Origin: Nitrosopumilus sp. | GTDB lineage: Archaea > Thermoproteota > Nitrososphaeria > Nitrososphaerales > Nitrosopumilaceae | Assembly: GCA_965223425.1 (NCBI GenBank) | Contig: OZ245003.1 | Location: 416,001 to 480,000, forward strand | Direction of reading: 5' to 3' | Length of the DNA stretch: 64,000 nt | In this document: piece after piece, positions 61,689-64,000 of the stretch | Numbering within the stretch: position 1 is the stretch's first letter | How the letters are laid out: the number at the start of each line of letters is the position of its first letter | Program-made: the position numbers and the translations under genes | The notes under the pieces: generated by a model | What the model saw: only the letters and a program-made list of their open reading frames with translations | Told to the model about the DNA's origin: nothing | Database searches by the model: none

Positions 61689-61895
61689 TCACATACGCTC
61701 AGCTGCATACCAAAGAATTATTCCAATTCCAAGTAATGCATACCACTTGAAGTTTTTCTTATCCATGAAAATACTTACTGAGGCTAATTTGTCATCCATG
61801 TATGTGGTCTTACGAATCCTTCTCATTTCAAATGCCTGGCCGACCAAGCCTACTACAAGAAGAGCTATTGCTGCAAAACCCAGAGTCCATTCCAT
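61689..61895 (-). CDS. Small 2-TM membrane protein
   Basis: Two hydrophobic helices, clean ORF. Confidence 0.65.
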   Translation of the reverse strand: MEWTLGFAAIALLVVGLVGQAFEMRRIRKTTYMDDKLASVSIFMDKKNFKWYALLGIGIILWYAAERM

Positions 61896-61988
61896 GATGC
61901 ATGTTGATGTTTGCCTGATATTTAGTTTCCAGACTAACAGAAACTTGAAAGATAATTCTTTAAATTAGCATGGTTTTTTCTCTCTCCT

Positions 61989-62903
61989 ATGAAAGAGACA
62001 GGCAAGATATGGATGAATGGGAAGCTGGTTCCATTCAAGGACGCCAAAGTTCATGTGCTAACACACGCATTACACTATTCAACATCAGTATTTGAAGGAA
62101 TTAGGTGCTATAGCACGCCAAACGGTTCTGCAATGTTTAGGCTTCCAGAACATGTTGATAGATTCTTCAGGTCAGCAAAATTGTATTCAATGAAGATGCA
62201 ATTCTCAAAAAAACAAATCTCTGATGCAATACTAAAAACCGTAAGGGCCAGTGGACTCAAAGAATGCTACATCAGGCCATTGGCATATTATGGTTATGGA
62301 ACTATGGGGCTGACTCCTATCCAAAATAAAGTGGACGTCTCAATTGCATGTTGGGAATGGAGGATGGGTGAGTCAAAGGCCGGAAAATTCTCGGGGGCAA
62401 AATGTAAAGTATCAAGTTGGACAAAGATTGATTCACGATCCCAGCCAATGCAAGCAAAAGCGGCGGCAAACTATTCCAATGCGGCACTGGCAAGAATGGA
62501 GGCGTTAGAAAATGGATATGATGAGGCAATTATGCTAAACTCGCATGGAAACATTGCAGAAGGAAGTGCAGAAAATATCTTTGCTGTAAAAGATGATGTT
62601 ATTTTAACGCCCCCACTTTCTGCAGGAGGATTGGAGGGCATTACAAGGGACAGCGTCATCCAGATTATTGAAGAGAATGGGGGATTTGTTATTGAGCGTG
62701 ACTTGGAAAGAGATGATCTCTATACGGCCGATGAGGTCTTCATGACCGGTACTGCCGCAGAGGTAAAATCAGTCACGCAGATAGACAAGGTGAAGATTGG
62801 AAGTGGCAAAATGGGCAACATTACAAAGGCATTACAAAAATCATTTTCTAATGCGGCCTTGGGCAAAGATGAGAGGTTTTTGCCATGGCTGACATTCATC
62901 TAA
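61989..62903 (+). CDS. ilvE: Branched-chain amino acid aminotransferase
   Basis: HALHY..SVFEGIR, AKAAANY, EGSAENIF, LEGITRDS, GTAAEV. Confidence 0.96.
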   Translation: MKETGKIWMNGKLVPFKDAKVHVLTHALHYSTSVFEGIRCYSTPNGSAMFRLPEHVDRFFRSAKLYSMKMQFSKKQISDAILKTVRASGLKECYIRPLAYYGYGTMGLTPIQNKVDVSIACWEWRMGESKAGKFSGAKCKVSSWTKIDSRSQPMQAKAAANYSNAALARMEALENGYDEAIMLNSHGNIAEGSAENIFAVKDDVILTPPLSAGGLEGITRDSVIQIIEENGGFVIERDLERDDLYTADEVFMTGTAAEVKSVTQIDKVKIGSGKMGNITKALQKSFSNAALGKDERFLPWLTFI

Positions 62904-62944
62904 CTTTCCACGAAGTTTTTTACCCACAAAAATGAACAGATGTC

Positions 62945-63106
62945 ATGGACTCTTGTGCTACGGGGAATGCCAAGGAGATCTGCTGGTTTTGCAGAAAAGG
63001 TCGCCATGAAGACTGTATGAAGAATATTCCAACACAAGGCAGGTCAGACGGACCTCGTGACTGTGCTTTTGACACCAAACTAGTACCATGCAAATGTCAG
63101 CACTAA
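62945..63106 (+). CDS. 53-aa Cys/His-rich small protein (not in ORF track)
   Basis: MDSCATGNAKEICWFCRKGRHEDCMK...DCAF...PCKCQH. Confidence 0.55.
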   Translation: MDSCATGNAKEICWFCRKGRHEDCMKNIPTQGRSDGPRDCAFDTKLVPCKCQH

Positions 63107-63144
63107 ACAATTACCAACAAATACGCCCTTGTCTGAAAAATTCC

Positions 63145-63699
63145 ATGAGTTACAACAAGGAATTTTGGGACAGATATGCTGGAGAAAACGAAGCAAAATA
63201 CAATGAAGAGTTTGCTAAATTCACAAGAGACTTGGCTGTTTCTTTGCGATGTGCAAGTGTTCTAGAGATTGGATGTGGTACGGGAATTGATTTGAGATTG
63301 TTTCCAGATACGTTTCAAATTCATGGGGTTGATCTAAATGATAATGCCTTGAATATAGCTAGAGAAAAATTACCTGTTGCAGATTTTAAGAAGGGAGATA
63401 TTGCTAGTTTGCCATTTGAGGATTCCTCGATAGATTTTGTTTTTACACACCAGCTCTTGAACTACTTGGATGATGACACATTAGAGAGGGGAATTGCAGA
63501 GATGCACAGAATCGCAGGAAAATACATAATGAACTGTGAAAAATTTGAAGAGACAGAAAAACAGATTGATGAGAATCAAAAGTTTCGGAATATGTACAAA
63601 AGATGGCTTGACTACAAGGTAAGAATTGTAAGCAATGTGGACATGCATGAAGAGATAGATCCTGATAAAAGCAGATTCACCCTACTAAGAAAACTGTAA
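63145..63699 (+). CDS. Class I SAM-dependent methyltransferase
   Basis: VLEIGCGTG, HGVDLN, GDIASLPFEDSSIDFV. Confidence 0.9.
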   Translation: MSYNKEFWDRYAGENEAKYNEEFAKFTRDLAVSLRCASVLEIGCGTGIDLRLFPDTFQIHGVDLNDNALNIAREKLPVADFKKGDIASLPFEDSSIDFVFTHQLLNYLDDDTLERGIAEMHRIAGKYIMNCEKFEETEKQIDENQKFRNMYKRWLDYKVRIVSNVDMHEEIDPDKSRFTLLRKL

Positions 63700-63931
63700 C
63701 GTTTAGCTTTGAATTTTTGCGTATTTTACTTGCAGGGTTTTGGGCAAAATTATGGAAAAGATTGCGGGAGATTATCATGTACAGAAATTTTGCCTTGGCG
63801 TTGCTCTATAATATTTTACAGCTTGTCAAACTGGGCACATGCAGAGGAGCTAATTGCAAAAGGGTACAGATTTGTAGGCATACTAGCTGACAATAAGGCC
63901 GCGCTGGAAAAAACCCCGAACTCAGTGGAAG

Positions 63932-64000
63932 CGGGTCTAGAGGGATTCGGACCCTCGACAACCGGATTAAAAGTCCGGTGCGCTACCTGGCTGCGCCATA
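63932..64000 (-). tRNA. tRNA-Lys(TTT), 5' end outside the window
   Basis: Minus strand CCGGA-CTTTTAA-TCCGG anticodon arm, T-arm GAGGG-TCCGAAT-CCCTC, 3' end TAGACCCG. Confidence 0.88.

Overview
Window from a Nitrosopumilus-like ammonia-oxidising archaeon (Nitrososphaerota/Thaumarchaeota). The assignment rests on the adjacent 4-hydroxybutyryl-CoA dehydratase and ADP-forming acyl-CoA ligase of the 3HP/4HB cycle, the archaeal L7Ae-S28e-L24e-ndk-aIF5B cluster and CCA-less tRNA genes. Positions 1-38 kb are mostly core and small accessory genes, with several frameshifted pseudogenes, IS relics and a GC-rich imported substrate-binding protein gene. Positions ~38.7-59 kb look like two tandem integrated elements at the 3' end of tRNA-Val(TAC), each with a tyrosine integrase broken by an IS. 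The tRNA-proximal element carries the best candidate for an undescribed system. This is a five-gene operon: GHKL-like ATPase, an HPV-motif protein, a DUF6339-like domain fused to a phage-type PP-loop/PAPS-reductase-like Cys-rich enzyme, a GIY-YIG nuclease and a DndB/DGQHR protein. It suggests non-methylase DNA modification coupled to restriction. The distal element carries an SNF2 helicase, a poly-CxxC protein and an Mrr-like nuclease. Two MITE types and IS5-, IS630-, ISH3- and IS481-like elements can be delimited from their ends. All protein family names come from motif recognition by eye, not from database searches.
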